A stretch of 64,000 nucleotides of DNA from Squalus acanthias (GCA_030390025.1 JASTWF010000379.1:372001-436000), one strand, 5' to 3'. Numbered from the stretch's first letter, positions 1 through 12,780 are shown. Numbers and translations: made by a program. The notes: generated from the sequence alone by a model not told the origin.

Positions 1-799
1 TAGTTTATATTAAGAAAGAAACAATGATATTCCCAGGTAGCACTGAGCCTGGGTAACAGTTCTAATTCGTCTTCGACAACCTGAGAAGCATCTGGCTGAG
101 AGAGTTTCCTTTAATCGATCCAGCTAAAAATCACTGGCGAAATTTGGAGGTTGGAAATAAACTATTTGGTATTCAAGAGGTTAACAGCTGGGTGCCTTCC
201 AGTGAACATTCACTCTCCTCTGTTAGACATTAAGGGAGCAAGAATGTTGAGCGTTAGATGCCTTTCAAGTAGTGATAGCAATTTATTCCCAACAAATTTA
301 AAAAATAAAAAGGCCTTCACTAAAGTATGCATTCCTGAATGGTTCCATACTTTGTCCAACAGCCCTGCTACCACAACATTTAAAAAAATAATTACAAATT
401 TAGACATATAAAAGGAATTTAGACTTATACTATCGCCACATATTTTCTCAAGCAGAACCTATTGCATACTTTAATGGCATCATGCCCCAATTTAAAATAT
501 TTAAAAAAATTATGTTAGTACTAGAAATTCTGCAATGTTGTTTTGGGTTTTTACATTCTGGAGCTGACATCTCAATGCTTAAAGAAGCACTCTCTTCATG
601 AAAGACCTTTCTTCTTTGTTTCCTAAACACTGTAATACCATGATGTCAAATTACATTTCACAAGATGCCATTGCATTATTTGAATGTAATGACAAAAAAG
701 ACACAGGACCGCTGCACTATTCTTCCTCCCCAGGCAGTTTGTGCATCCTTAAAATATGGAAATGTTCAGCTGTTGCGAGTTTTTGGGTGTGTAGCTGGT

Positions 800-1620
800 G
801 AAATGGAACATAAGTCCCATGAGGTGATGGTGAGCTTGTATGGAGAATTGGTTCAGCCCTGCCTGCAGGAGCGTATATCATTCTGGTCACTGTACGACAC
901 GTGGAACAGCCTCATTTCAGAGAGGATGGAGAAGGAGACAATGAAACTGAGACTTGGGAAACTGGGAATTTTACACTAAAGAAAAGAAAAAGAAAGACTT
1001 GCATTTATACAGCGCCTTCCACAACCATCGAATGTCCCAAAGCGCTTTACAGCCAATGAAGTACTTTTTGAAGTGTAGTCACTAGTGCAATGTAGGAAAC
1101 ACGGCAGCCAATTTGCGCACAGCAAGCTCCCACAAACAGCAATGTGGTAATGACCAGATAAACTGTTTTAGTGATGTTGATTGAGGGATAAATATTGGCC
1201 AGGACACCGGGGATAACTCCCCTGCTCTTCTTCAAAATAGCGCCATGGGATCTTTTACATCCACCTGAGAGAGCAGGCGGGGCCTCGGTTTAACGTCTCA
1301 TCCGAAAGATGGCACCTCCGACACTAAAGAAAAAAAGTCTTGAGGGAGCCCTTATCGAAGTTTCAGGATCCTAAGGATGACAAATAAATTGAACCCTAAT
1401 AAATTGTTTGCCATAACCACAAATTCAGGGCACAGACTCAAGCTCAGAAGAGGGAAGGTGAATAGATAGTTTAAGTTAATTACTTCACACCAAGGGTCGT
1501 GAATGTGTAAAATAGAGCACCCACAGAGACAGTGAAGGCAGATAGTGCTGGCAAATTCACAAGGGAGTGGGTAGTTGTTGGCAGAAGAACTGATTGAGGG
1601 ATGTAAGAGATAAAGTACAG
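800..1620 (+). mobile_element. Old CR1-clade LINE 3' remnant, interrupted by a SINE
   Basis: Degenerate CR1 ORF2 C-terminal motifs (SLYGELVQPCLQ..SFWS, RLGKLG, ALIEV, HRLKL). Confidence 0.65.
986..1320 (-). mobile_element. 5'-truncated SacSINE1-like Deu-SINE with 13-bp TSD
   Basis: Reverse complement of the 16667-17140 SINE body and tail. ACACTAAAGAAAA is repeated at 973-985 and 1321-1333. Confidence 0.88.
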
Positions 1621-3654
1621 TATGGTGTTTTCTGAACTTTGGGACATCAGATTGGCTCGGGATTCCTTAATTCTGTCCAGGGTATATGAAAGGCTACGAA
1701 CCAGCTTGACTTAGAGAAATCCTATTCCAACTTAACCTGATACAATTGTTGCAATTGGTTTGTGTAAGACACATATCTGAGCAAGTGGCCAAGTCATTCA
1801 ATTGAAACATCAACATTTTGGGGATTTGTTGAAATATGTGTTTGATTGATAACTTAAAAAAAAATAACAAACAATTATTTAAATTTGCTGAGTCTTGGTC
1901 ACATTTGTAAAGGTATTAATCAGCCTTTCTTTTCAAATCTGTTCCTAGCCTTTTAAGAGAGATTATAAGGCCATAGCTTCTGTATGGTGAGAAAAGGAAA
2001 AGAACTATATGTAAGAATATTTTGTATATCATAATTATGCACAGTAGTTATAAACTATTTATTATTTCTACCACACGAGGCACTAGTTAAGCTTAACAAC
2101 TATTATAAAAATATATCTTGTGTTACTGGCAATGTTTGCTTTTTGTTTTACTGCTTAATAAAAAAAATTTGGCAGTTAAAGCCTAAGTCAAAGTATAGTG
2201 GTGTTATTCTGCCATCTTCCGAAGACAAGGATGATCATGTGTGAACATGTGATGAAGCCAGTAGCTGAAATAAACTGAAGAGGGTTCTCTGTTCATTCTC
2301 TGGGCACCCTACAAATTTAGCTCGGTATCTGGACAAGTGAAAGTATTGGGACATAGGGAGCTAGAGCTCACTTACAAGAGTAGTCTGAAATCCAGAAGTC
2401 AAAAATACCTAGAGTAAAAAAGAATAAAGAAACGCTATGTTTTTATGTTACTATTTTGTTTTTCCCCCTTTCACTTCAGCTATGATCTTTCTCTCTCCCT
2501 CTCTCATCTCCCTTCTCACATCTTTCAGTTTCTATCCCCTTGGAACTATCTACCTCTGTCTTTTGTTAAGAAGGATGCAGCGTAAACTTAATTCCGAATT
2601 GAAAATAAATACCAATGGCAGAGACGCACATAAAGGGGCTGAGTGCCTGCAAGATATTTGTACATTTCTGTTAAGTTTTATCTGAGTGAGCAGTATACCA
2701 GTCGCAGTTCCACCAATATCATGTCGCCAAAAAAAATCATTTTTAAGGTTATTGTTTCACGATAAACTCTTTCAAAGTATTCTTCTTCCTGGATCAGAAT
2801 GTCTCCCATTTATAAGAGCTCAAAATATCCAGTAATGCAAATCCTTTGTCACAGTTTTTCTACTGGGCTCTAGGTAGATCAACTGCTGAAAACAGTCACT
2901 GAAAATGTACAGAAAAATACATTAAAATCACCCATGTGGCCTCTGCACATTATTACAAATATATTTCACCTCTGTGTGATAAAGTAGCTGGTTGTGTTGC
3001 CCCATGTTACTGACGCCTGTATGGAACAACCAACAATAAATATTCAGCAAGGGAAATCGCTGTCTTGGCGAACAATAAACTGGAACTTAAAGCACTTAAT
3101 ATGATCAATGACTAACCAGGACATGACAGGGAGCTACTGAAAACCTACCATTTCTCAGCTTTTCAAATATAAAACAAACCAAATGAGAAAATGTTCTTAC
3201 TGAAAGTTTCAAAAGACGGACCAGCTGACTGCAATGGTTTGTGGAGGGATTGATTTGAGATTAAGCAAAACAAGACCGGAGGTACAGAGACTATGGCGCA
3301 GTTAGAGATGTTCTGACTGAAAGGGGATTGCTTGTAAATGAGAATTTTTTTTTCCGAAAATGAGAGAATAATTTTAAAGAAATAAACCAGAAAAGCTCAT
3401 GCTTTTAAAATATCTGTATTAATGATTTTGTTAGAACTGAGGCTGTGTTTGAAAGACAGAGAAAATGATTAAGAGACACGGTAATAGAGAGAGACAGAAA
3501 GGGCAGTATGGAGAAACAAGAAGAGGCAGCAGGAAGAAGGTAACAATGAGAGAAAATGATAATGGAGAGAAAGTAATGAAAGACAGACGCTTGCTAAATG
3601 CCGAAGAAAGAAATAGGGAAATTATGTCCAGAAAACTGAGAAGGAAGACAAGGA

Positions 3655-4140
3655 GAAAGACAACAACTTGCAGTTATATGATGCCACGAAAGCAGTAAAT
3701 AATTCCAAGGTGCTTAATAGAGGAGAAACGATACAGAGCAACCGTAGAATGTGATTTAGTGGAGGTGACAGTAGGAATGGTTGATGAAGTAAGTTTTGAG
3801 GAGGCTTTTGAAAGCGGTGGGGTGGGGGAGGGGAGAGAAGTGGCAAGGAGAAGAGTTCTAGAGCATAGGATCATGAGGGCTAAAGATTGTCAGTGAAGGT
3901 GGAATGAAGGGAGGAGGGATGCGCAGAAGGCCAAGAGCGGAATAGCGGCGAGCACATTGGCAGGTAGGGCTGGAGGAGGTTGCAGAGGGAGAGAGGGGCA
4001 AGGCCATGGGGTGGTGAGAAGGTGGCGGGTGGGGGGGGGGAGGAGGGGGAGGGCGCGGGGGTGTTTGTAAACAAAGATGAAGATTTTGAACTCATTGCTT
4101 TGGGGGATGGAGAGCCAGTGGAAGTCAGTGAGGACGGGGT
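3655..4140 (-). mobile_element. Old L2-clade LINE 3' fragment
   Basis: caacaacttgcagttatat tail; similar to the younger L2 copy at 12143-12553. Confidence 0.65.
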
Positions 4141-4688
4141 AATAGGATAGGTGGCAAAGGATGATTAAAGAAAATGTTCGGTGAAACAGTGCCCATAACT
4201 ACAGGATGAGACTTAGAGAGTAAGAAAGAAACAGCCTTAGGCTGGACAGGGATAATCTTTCTGCAAATATCTGTGTGGGTGTGTGTGTGTGCGGGGGTGG
4301 ACAGTATTTAGCCCTCATTCTTTAGAATCACTTGAATTACAGTAAAGAAACTTCAATACAACATAAGAAGACCAATAGATTAGCCTTCTTCAAAGTCTAT
4401 GATTAAGAAAGCAAACAGATCATCTATAAAGCAATTGTTTATTATTTGTCAAATGTTAGCAATTTCCTTTTAGAAACAGTCCTTCATTTCCTTGAACAAA
4501 CTCTGGCTAATCAGGCAGATAATTAGATTTGCCCACAAAAATGACCTGATTTCTCCTACCAGACTGCAGTGTCCGCATTACTTGCACATCACGTCAGTCA
4601 TAACCCTTCGTGTTTTTTTAAGTTTAATATTACTTCAGTGCATGCAACATGGATTCAGGAGCAGACAAAAGTTACTTCAAATGCAGTT

Positions 4689-4925
4689 AAGAACATAAGA
4701 ACATAAGAATTAGGAGCAGGAGTAGGCCATTTGGCCCTTCAAGCCTGCTCCACCATTCAACAAGATCATGGCTGATCTTCTACCTCAACTCCACCTTCCC
4801 ACACTATCCCCATATCCCTTAATTCCCTACATTCTCAAAAAATTATCGACCTCTATCTTGAATATACTCAACGACAGCTCTCTGGGGTACAAAATTCCAA
4901 AGATTCACAACCCTTTGAGTGAAGA
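4689..4925 (-). mobile_element. CR1 LINE 3' end with (AAGAACAT)n tail
   Basis: aagaacataagaacataagaattaggagcaggagtaggcc... is the reverse complement of the CR1 3'UTR at 23810-23910. Confidence 0.8.
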
Positions 4926-4997
4926 AAAGCTCTAGAATTAGTAGTGAGGGCAGGATTCAGTGGCCTGATGTTGACTAGAAACAAACCTACGCTTATG

Positions 4998-5641
4998 GGG
5001 GGAGAAATTCAACTCATCGTTCCCGTGTATAAATCGGCGATAGACCTCCAAACTTTGTGTCGTGATCTGCCGCACCGGTACTCCGCCAGAGGTGCATCGG
5101 ATGCCAGGTTGGCTCAGGTGGCTTTTAATCGTCCAAGGCGCCCACCTTAAACAGGAATTAGGCTCCTTAAATATGCAAATTCAGATCCTTTGCAGGTTGC
5201 ACGACCCCAAATGCGACATCCAGGTACAAATGGGCAAAGCATGTGCCACGCACGCTCCGTCTGGTTGTATTAGGTCTTCAGCGACCTAACCAGCAGTCCT
5301 TAAAGGACCTGGTGGCTGCCCAAAAAGGGGCCCCAAGAGTGCTCTCCCTGGGCCCACAAAAAATTCCAGCCGTCTGCCGGGGTGTACGAGGCCCCTCCAG
5401 GATCGCCGACCACCCCCCCTTCCCCCCCAAACCCCCACCAACCCAGACCCTGCCAAATTCTCGTCTTCCTCGGAAGGTAAGCTGTAACGGGTGTCCATTT
5501 GTTGCCCGCAGCTTGCTGGCAGCATTTAAATAAGGCACAAGCCAAATTTGTCTCACTCCTCAGGCCACCACAGACCAACAGGCAAAGCAATCGCTCGGTT
5601 GATTTTGCGCCCAGTTTGGGCGTAAGTCGAGGTTTCTCCCT
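4998..5641. mobile_element. Non-autonomous TIR element (Harbinger-like MITE)
   Basis: GC/CpG-rich insert with imperfect terminal inverted repeats ggggagaaattcaact / agtcgaggtttctccc. Confidence 0.6.
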
Positions 5642-6156
5642 CAGGAAATTTGACTAAAATTCTCAAATAATTATCAGTAATTAATTAAAAAACAACATTC
5701 AGAGACAATGAAACAACAACAGCCAGAACTTGGTCCTGCCACATATTGATCAGTGCCCACTGCCAGAGAACAGAGGGAAACAGAAATCAGAGTACAGAGA
5801 TGACCTTCGTCATCCCTCAGTACCACACTGGGGGTATCTCCACTATTATTTTCAGAAAAAATATATTATATATATTTCTGGAGCCGGTAGTGAGTGCAGT
5901 ATTCAGTGACTGGTGTTGACTAGAAATTAAGCCACACTGCCAGACTCACATCATTCTAACGTTGCCATCTATTTTGCTCACAGAAGGGGTAAGAATTATT
6001 GGAGAGGAGACTTTAATCTCTTAAACCCAAATTGGAAACTGTACCTTTTTCCTCTTTCCGAGTATATTCCCTTTGCATGTAAGATATATCGTTAGTAACA
6101 CTGCCCATTAATAGCAGTTCCACATTTGCTTTTACTATGCCAGCACTAAAGACACT

Positions 6157-6316
6157 GGGGGTAATTTGAACCAAACTCACAGGGCAGGAAACGGGCAGGT
6201 TCTAGTTGGCTGCCCATTTTAATGCCCGCCCTGATTTTACTCTCCATTGACTCCAACATGGGGAGCTGACTGGAACCAGCCCATTTCCCGCCCAGCGGGT
6301 AGGTTAAAATTACCCC
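6157..6316. mobile_element. Short hairpin MITE
   Basis: TIRs ggggtaatttgaacc / ggttaaaattacccc with internal inverted symmetry. Resembles 21687-21859. Confidence 0.7.
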
Positions 6317-6713
6317 AGTAGAGCAGAACTAATTCCTCCCCAAACTTGGAAAAGGTAGCGGGAGTGTCCATGCAGGCATCTCCTCAGCAGTGAATAGCTC
6401 TGTGCAGCCACTGCACAGTGACTGGAACCAGTGCCACCACTGGCGATTTCACCCTGGAAGGCATAGCACTGGGTAGATTGATGTCACACCAATAAATAGA
6501 TACATTTAACAAGAGTGTCCTGAAACATGCATGGAACTTGCAGAGCCAATAAATTAATCCACATAAATAATGCAAACTGACAGTATAACTCCACTCTCTG
6601 CCTGCGTGGCTCTGAAAATTACAATAAGCTATTAATGTTTTGAGTATTGGATTTCTCTGGTAAATTCACCATAAAGATGTTCGCCCTGACTTTGCAAAAT
6701 CAGGGCTGCAGTT

Positions 6714-6836
6714 TCCATTCTGTACCAATCATCTCTCAAGGAAATGGTGAATACTCCATTCTGTACCAATCATCTGTCACTGAAATGGTGAATACTCCAT
6801 TCTGTACCAATCATCTGTCACTGAAATGGTGAATAC
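6714..6836. repeat. Tandem repeat, 41 bp x 3
   Basis: TCCATTCTGTACCAATCATCT(c/g)TCA(ag/ct)GAAATGGTGAATAC head-to-tail at 6714, 6755 and 6796. Confidence 0.95.
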
Positions 6837-6916
6837 TGTAATTAGAATTAAGGATGTGTATGAAACTATACAGCATTTCTACATTAACTGTACACTATGA
6901 CTGAAATTAAACACTT

Positions 6917-7590
6917 GGGAGGGAGAAAATTCGGTTGCTTTGCGCCTCCCGTTAGCGCCCTAAGAACTAGCAAAGCAACTAGCGCCCGGGCGCGGCGCCG
7001 CCAACGCCTCCCGCGAAATTCAGCGGGAGGTTAGTGGCGGTGGTAACTGTTAGCGCCGATGACGTCATCGCCATGCACAACGCCCTGCTCGCGCCCCGGC
7101 CGCGATCTTCGGTAGCACCCCCTGACTTACCGCCGGACGCTATATCTGACGTGGTCAGGGGGGCCTACCTGCAGCCGGGGCAGCGCTAATTAAAGGTGAG
7201 GTGCCGGGTGGCACCTGCCTCCGTTGCCGTCCCTGGCCTCCTAAGCACCCCCCCCCCCCACTGCGGAGTGCTGGCTGTGCTCCATGAGCCCGCACTTCTT
7301 GAGTGCTGGGCTCTTTTGCCGGCACTCCGATCCCTGGTGGCCCAGCTGGGCCCCGGGTAGCGCTGCGCTAGGCCCCTCCCCTTTAAGGGGAGGAAGGCCT
7401 GCAATACCGTGGCGCTGCGGCACGTAGCACCGCGATATTCCCTCGCAGCGCCCCAAGAGGGAGGCGGGGCGCTTCCAGTAGCGCCCTGCTTCCCTCTTGG
7501 GGCGCTACCGATGAATTTCGGCCACGGGGGGCGCTAATTTTTTTCGGGGCACTAGCGCCCCAAAGGGGGCGTGACTCCATTTTTTCCCCT
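6917..7590. mobile_element. GC-rich Harbinger-derived non-autonomous element
   Basis: Ends gggagaaaattc / attttttcccc. Homologous to about 18100-18700. Its left terminus (cctcccgttagc) is shared with the element starting at 62085. Confidence 0.7.
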
Positions 7591-8930
7591 TGTATTTTTT
7601 GTTGTTTTTGTAGCAATAAGGCTCCCTTAGTTCTCAAAGGGTTAAATTAACATGTAGTAAAGGTCTGGTGTAGGTGATCTCTGTATAAAGTAGCTTTACA
7701 GAGGCAAGTATGATGGGAGAAATGGGCGCAAGTCACCCTCCCAACCTCTTGATGACAGACCATGAAGAACTGGAGAGAAAGAAAGAGGACTTCCATCCAC
7801 TTCGCCCTCAGCTGATTTCTCCCTTTTTCCATGATTTCTCTATAAAACACCTCATGGCTGACAGCCAGTGAAACTCACCTACTGTGGAATAGCTGAGTTC
7901 ATTTCAGGCAGGGGTTGAAGCACTCATTTTCCATAAGACAGAATGGAAATCCAGTACTCCACTGTTGAATCTATCAGGTCGCTGAGCATGTTCAAGTTTT
8001 AGCCTCGATACCAGTGCCCTGTAAAAAAATTCAAATTGCCTTCTGCTAACTATTGAATATTTTCGTTTAAATGATGAGTGCTAATGGGACAATTGGGAGG
8101 CACTCCCTAGAAGGAGTCACTGGGGCAAATGATCATGTACTGGTGTAGGTCAGTTCTAAATGGTGACGAACTGGTGCTAATTTTACCAGAGTGATAATGT
8201 GCTGGCAGTGTTCAAACTTTGTGGCTCAGTCCATTTGTATAATGATTCACAGCCCCAGGTGAAGATTTGGATGGGTGCAGGAAACAGACAAAACTTCTGC
8301 CCCAAATTAAAATTGGGGCTAACATAATTCATTTTAATTTTGAAATGCAGTGCTAAAACTGGGACTCTTTTTTAATAATGTTAATAGTTATTTAAAGATT
8401 TACATTGAGCATCATTCTCCTTCACTTGCTATCCATTCAGAATCTGTAACTTCACACTGCTCAATCTCTGGTGTTGTGAAGAATCTTTATCCTTTATATG
8501 GAGTTGGCGTTACTCCACCTCCGCAGAGCCAAGTGCCTTCACTTAAATTTCGGTTTCATAAAAATGGCGATACTTACAAAACAAGTTGGGTGAAATTCAA
8601 CCTGTGAATAATTTCAGTGGAAACGTCGGGGCGAGTACAAAACGGGATTTCACGTTTTGTACTGATGTCAGCATTTCACTAAAATTTAATGTAGTCAGCA
8701 CTTTCACTTTATAACAATAAGACTTGATGGTGATGATACCACATTGATACGACTTAGGGACCTGACCAGACATAACATACTCAGTACTTTGTCCTTCCGG
8801 TGTTCTGTGGCCAGTTGTACTTAATATCAGGTATAATTAAACTAACATAGTCACTGCAACATGAGGGAGCCAACTTCAGCATTGCAAAATCCACATCTCG
8901 GAGAAGACCTTATAAGCATATAATGTACTT

Positions 8931-8970
8931 AATAGAAAATAAACCCAAATAATAGAAAATAAACCCAAAT
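8931..8970. repeat. 20-bp tandem duplication
   Basis: AATAGAAAATAAACCCAAAT x2. Confidence 0.9.
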
Positions 8971-10025
8971 AATACTTTCGGATACAATAGGGCAGGAGGA
9001 CAAGTGGGCATGGTTCAGGACTGTGAAGGGTAAATTTAGGATGGACTTAAGGAAGTACTTCTTTACACAGAGGATGATCAACAGCTTAACTCTCCAGAAT
9101 ACCCTCCCTAAACCACTCCACTTCTCCACCTCTGTCTCCTACATGTTCAACCAAGCTTTGGGCTACCTCTCCATTACCTTGGTATCCATTGTTTCCCTCA
9201 CGCTTCTGTGAAGTGCCTTGGGATATTTCTGTATGTTAAAGATGCTATATAAATGCAAGTTATTGGAGTGCTAGTAGTTATAGTAACAGGTTGCTAGGAA
9301 AGGTGGCTGGTACCAGGATACTGAACTTGTTTAATAAACAGCTAGATACAGTAACTGGAAGACAGTAGAGTTGCTATTCTGGGATAATTAAATCAAATGA
9401 GCTGAAGGGCCTTCTCCATCCAAGACTATCTTGTGAACTTTAATTTAAATATTCTATGAATTAAACTGAATTAACTCATAAGCAGGTCTTTTATTTATAT
9501 TTAAGCATCGCTGCCAGCTCTTGGGTTTTATACCAGGAGGCTTTAATTCCTGGATCCGTTCTGGATTTAAACATTAAGATAGGGATCTGCTTGAGAATAA
9601 TTTAGCACAATAACACAGTCTGAACAGCATATGGTGCCAATCTGAACATCCCTATAGTCTTTCTCTGGACCCTGGGGGTTCCTGGGCTGCCTTACTAGGT
9701 GCTTTTCCATGTTTCCGTTCCCAAAGGTCCTACACAATAACAGACATTTTAACACCGGAAAATATCTCCTGAATGATCTGGAGCACAATTCCACAGGACT
9801 CTCTGATACCTCGACCAAGTGGCCATTATTTGTCTGCAAGCCTAGACGTTAACTGGTTGAAGGCTATTTGATTGCAAGCGGCATCACACTGAGCTTACTT
9901 GTGTCCTCGGTCAATGCCTGCATGGGCATATTTTCCATCAAGTGTTACTGGATAACAATGAGGAATGGTCAGGGATGCTGCAGTTCACTATAGCGACCCT
10001 ATCGCTACCCTGATGGAATAATGTA

Positions 10026-10646
10026 TGCCTCAGGGACATGGACCATGTACAGCAGGCACCTCAAAGCACTGGAGAGGTACCACCAACGCTGCCTCCGCAA
10101 GATCCTGCAAATCCATTGGCAGGATAGGTGCACCAACATCAGTGTTCTCACTCAGGCCAACATCCCCAGCATCGAAGCTTTGACCGTGCTCGATCAGCTC
10201 CGATGGACGGGTCACATCGTCCGCATGCCCGATAAGAGACTCCCAAAACAAGCGCTCTACTTGGAGCTCTGACACAGCAAGAGAGCCCCAGGTGAGCAGA
10301 GGAAACGCTTCAAGGACACCCTCAAAGCCTCCTTGAAAAAGTGCAACATCCCCACTGACACCTGGGAATCCCTGGCCCAAGACCGCACAAAGTGGAGGAG
10401 AAGCATCCGGGAACAGCTCGAGTCTCTTCGCCGGGAGCAAGTGCAAGCCAAGCGCAAGCAGCACAAGGAGCGCACGTCAACCCAAGCACCCCACCCACCT
10501 GCTCCTTCAACCACCATCTGCCCCACCTGTGACAGAGACTGTAGGTCCCGCACTGGGCTCATCAGTCACCCGAGAACTAATTTTTAATGTGGAAGCAAGT
10601 CATCCTCGGTTCCGAGGGACTGCCTAAGAAGAAGAGAAGAAGAAGA
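10026..10646 (+). mobile_element. 5'-truncated RTE-clade LINE with (GAA)n tail and 11-bp TSD
   Basis: ORF fragments TWTMYSRHLKALERYHQRCLRKIL...QLRWTGHIVRMPDKRLPKQALY, then a stop, then W ESLAQDRTKWR...CPTCDRDCRSRTGLISH (C-terminal Zn-finger-like). GGAATAATGTA at 10015-10025 and 10647-10657. Confidence 0.9.
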
Positions 10647-10819
10647 GGAATAATGTAACTTAGCACAGACCTGGTGATCTTCCTGGTTTGCATGGCTCAT
10701 CTTCACACTGGGCAGTGCCCTTACTAACCGAGCGCCTACAAACTAGTTTATCAGTTTCACAGAGGAACTGTTTGTGAGGGCTAAGTCCCGCTCGACCTCC
10801 ACTCCCCTCCTCGCTGACC

Positions 10820-11220
10820 CACATTGGCTCCCTATTCCCCCAGTGCATTCAATTTAAAATCCTTATCATTGTCCTCAAATCCCTCCATGCCCATATCCCA
10901 CCCTATCTCTGCAACTTCCTCAGCCTTACATCTCCCACTATATCCTTCGGTCCTTCAATTCTGGCCTTTCGCACATCCGCTCTCCCTTCCCTTTATTCAT
11001 CATCCTCAGCCCTAGTCTGTGGAACTCCCTGTCTAAACTCCTCCATCTCGCCACTTCTCGCGCCGCCTTTAAAAGCCTTCTGAAAACCCATCTTTTCAAC
11101 CAAGCTTTTGGTCATCTCTCCTGACTCTCGCACCATGGCTCAGCATCCATTCCTTTAGTCCTTTCATCTGTTCAGCTGGGACCATTTTATTGTATTAAAG
11201 GTTTGCTGCAAGTTGTTGCT
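10820..11220 (+). mobile_element. Old L2 3' fragment
   Basis: cattggctcc...atttaaaatcctt...ctatctctgcaac...caagcttttggtca...aagttgttg; same family as 12001-12780. Confidence 0.65.
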
Positions 11221-12000
11221 GAGGGCTAGTTCTAGTTAAGGGTGTTGGAGCGTATTACATTTAACCTCTTTTTGTCGCTCTGTTGACTTACACAGTCAGT
11301 GATGACCACATCGTCAGAAGAGCAGACTTGGAGAAATCACTAAATCCAACAGTACGATGGCTCTAAATTAGCAAACAGCTGCAGCTGCAGGATCTTGATT
11401 GTCTGTACTGACGTCAATCCAGCTCACTCACACTGCTGGGCTCTGCACCGCCTCCAGACCAACTCTCCTTAAAGTGTCATTAACAACATTCACTGTTTAA
11501 GTAAAACAAATCAACAACACTGAACCAGTCAGAGCAAAAGGATGTTACGGTTAATCTTTGTAACGGTTTGATTTTTAAAAGGACGCACTAACGGTGAAGT
11601 TCACTCTGTAAATATTCAGACAAAAGAATATTTGTTCAATCCTTTGCTGTTTTCAAAGGGTTAGTGCAGTATTTGTTTGCTGAGATGGAAGAGAGGCAGC
11701 ATGATTAATCTGTTTCGAACTGTAAGGATTATAACGATGCTGCACATCTCAACGGGAGAAATTCATCAATGTATTTTAGACTCCAGACCCCAAATTCCTA
11801 TTTTGTTTGGCCCTGAACTTATTGATGGAGTTTACCAGAGATAAAAATGGCAGCTGGAAAATTCTTGTCCAGTTTGTTCATTACCAATGAAAAAAGATTT
11901 TGAAACATCTTAATGTAATAATATTATAACCATACATATATAAATCCTTTATTAGAGTCACCATAAGCTTTTCTCTGCGTTGCTATAATTGTACTTATAC

Positions 12001-12780
12001 TTAAATCCCTTCATGGCCTTGCCCCTCCCTATCTCTGTAACTTCCTTCAGCCCTAAAACCTCCCCCTGAACTTACTGTTCCTCTGACCACCCCCCCCCCG
12101 CCCCAACTCTGCTTTTGCCCCACCATTGGCAGCTGTGCCTTCAACAACAACAACAACAACTTGTATTTATATAGCACCTTCAATGTAGTAAAACATCCCA
12201 AGATGCTTCACAGGACCGTTATCAAACAAAATTTGACTCCAAGACACATAAGGAGATATTAGGGCAGGTAACCAAAAGCTTGGTCAAAGAGGTAGGTTTT
12301 AAGGAGCGTCTTAAAGGAGGAAAGAGAGGTAGAGAGGCGGAGAGGTTTATGGAGGAAATTCCAGAGCTTAGGGCCTCGGCAGCTGAAGGCACGGCCAACA
12401 ATGGTGGAGCGATTAAAATCGGGGATGCTCAAGAGGCCAGAATTGGAGAAGAGCAGATATCTCGGAGGGCTGTGGGGCTGGAGAAGATTACAGATAGGGA
12501 GGGGTTGAGGCTATGAGGGATTTGAAAACAAGGATGAGAATTTTAAAATCGAGGCCACCAAAGCCCCAAGCTCTAGAATTCCCTCCTTAAACCTTATCAC
12601 CTATCCACTCCCTCTCTTCTCCGCCAAGACCCTCCTTGAAACCCACTTCTTCAACCAATTTGGTCACCCCCTCCTAATCTTTCTTTCTTTGGCTCAGTGT
12701 CTGTAATTCTTTATGCCTCTGTGAATCACCTTGTGATGTTTTTCTACGTTAAAGGTGCTATATGAATGCAAGTTGTTGCT
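12001..12780 (+). mobile_element. Old L2 3' fragment split by a younger antisense L2
   Basis: 12001-12142 continues at about 12554-12780 (…ctgtgccttca | gccaccaaagccccaagctctagaattccctcc…), ending atgcaagttgttg. Confidence 0.7.
12143..12553 (-). mobile_element. Younger L2 LINE 3' end with (CAA)n tail on the + strand
   Basis: (caa)n cttgtatttatatagcacc...gcttggtcaaagaggtaggttttaaggagcgtcttaaagg; same tail as 61606-61695. Confidence 0.8.

Noticed and set aside
6714-6836. 41-bp repeats as a CRISPR array
   Set aside because: Units are head-to-tail with no unique spacers, there are no cas genes, and the context is a eukaryotic intron.
10741-10790. QFLCETDKL as AP-2 exon 6 (CETEFP)
   Set aside because: Lacks EAVHLARDFGY and the downstream conserved residues; chance match.
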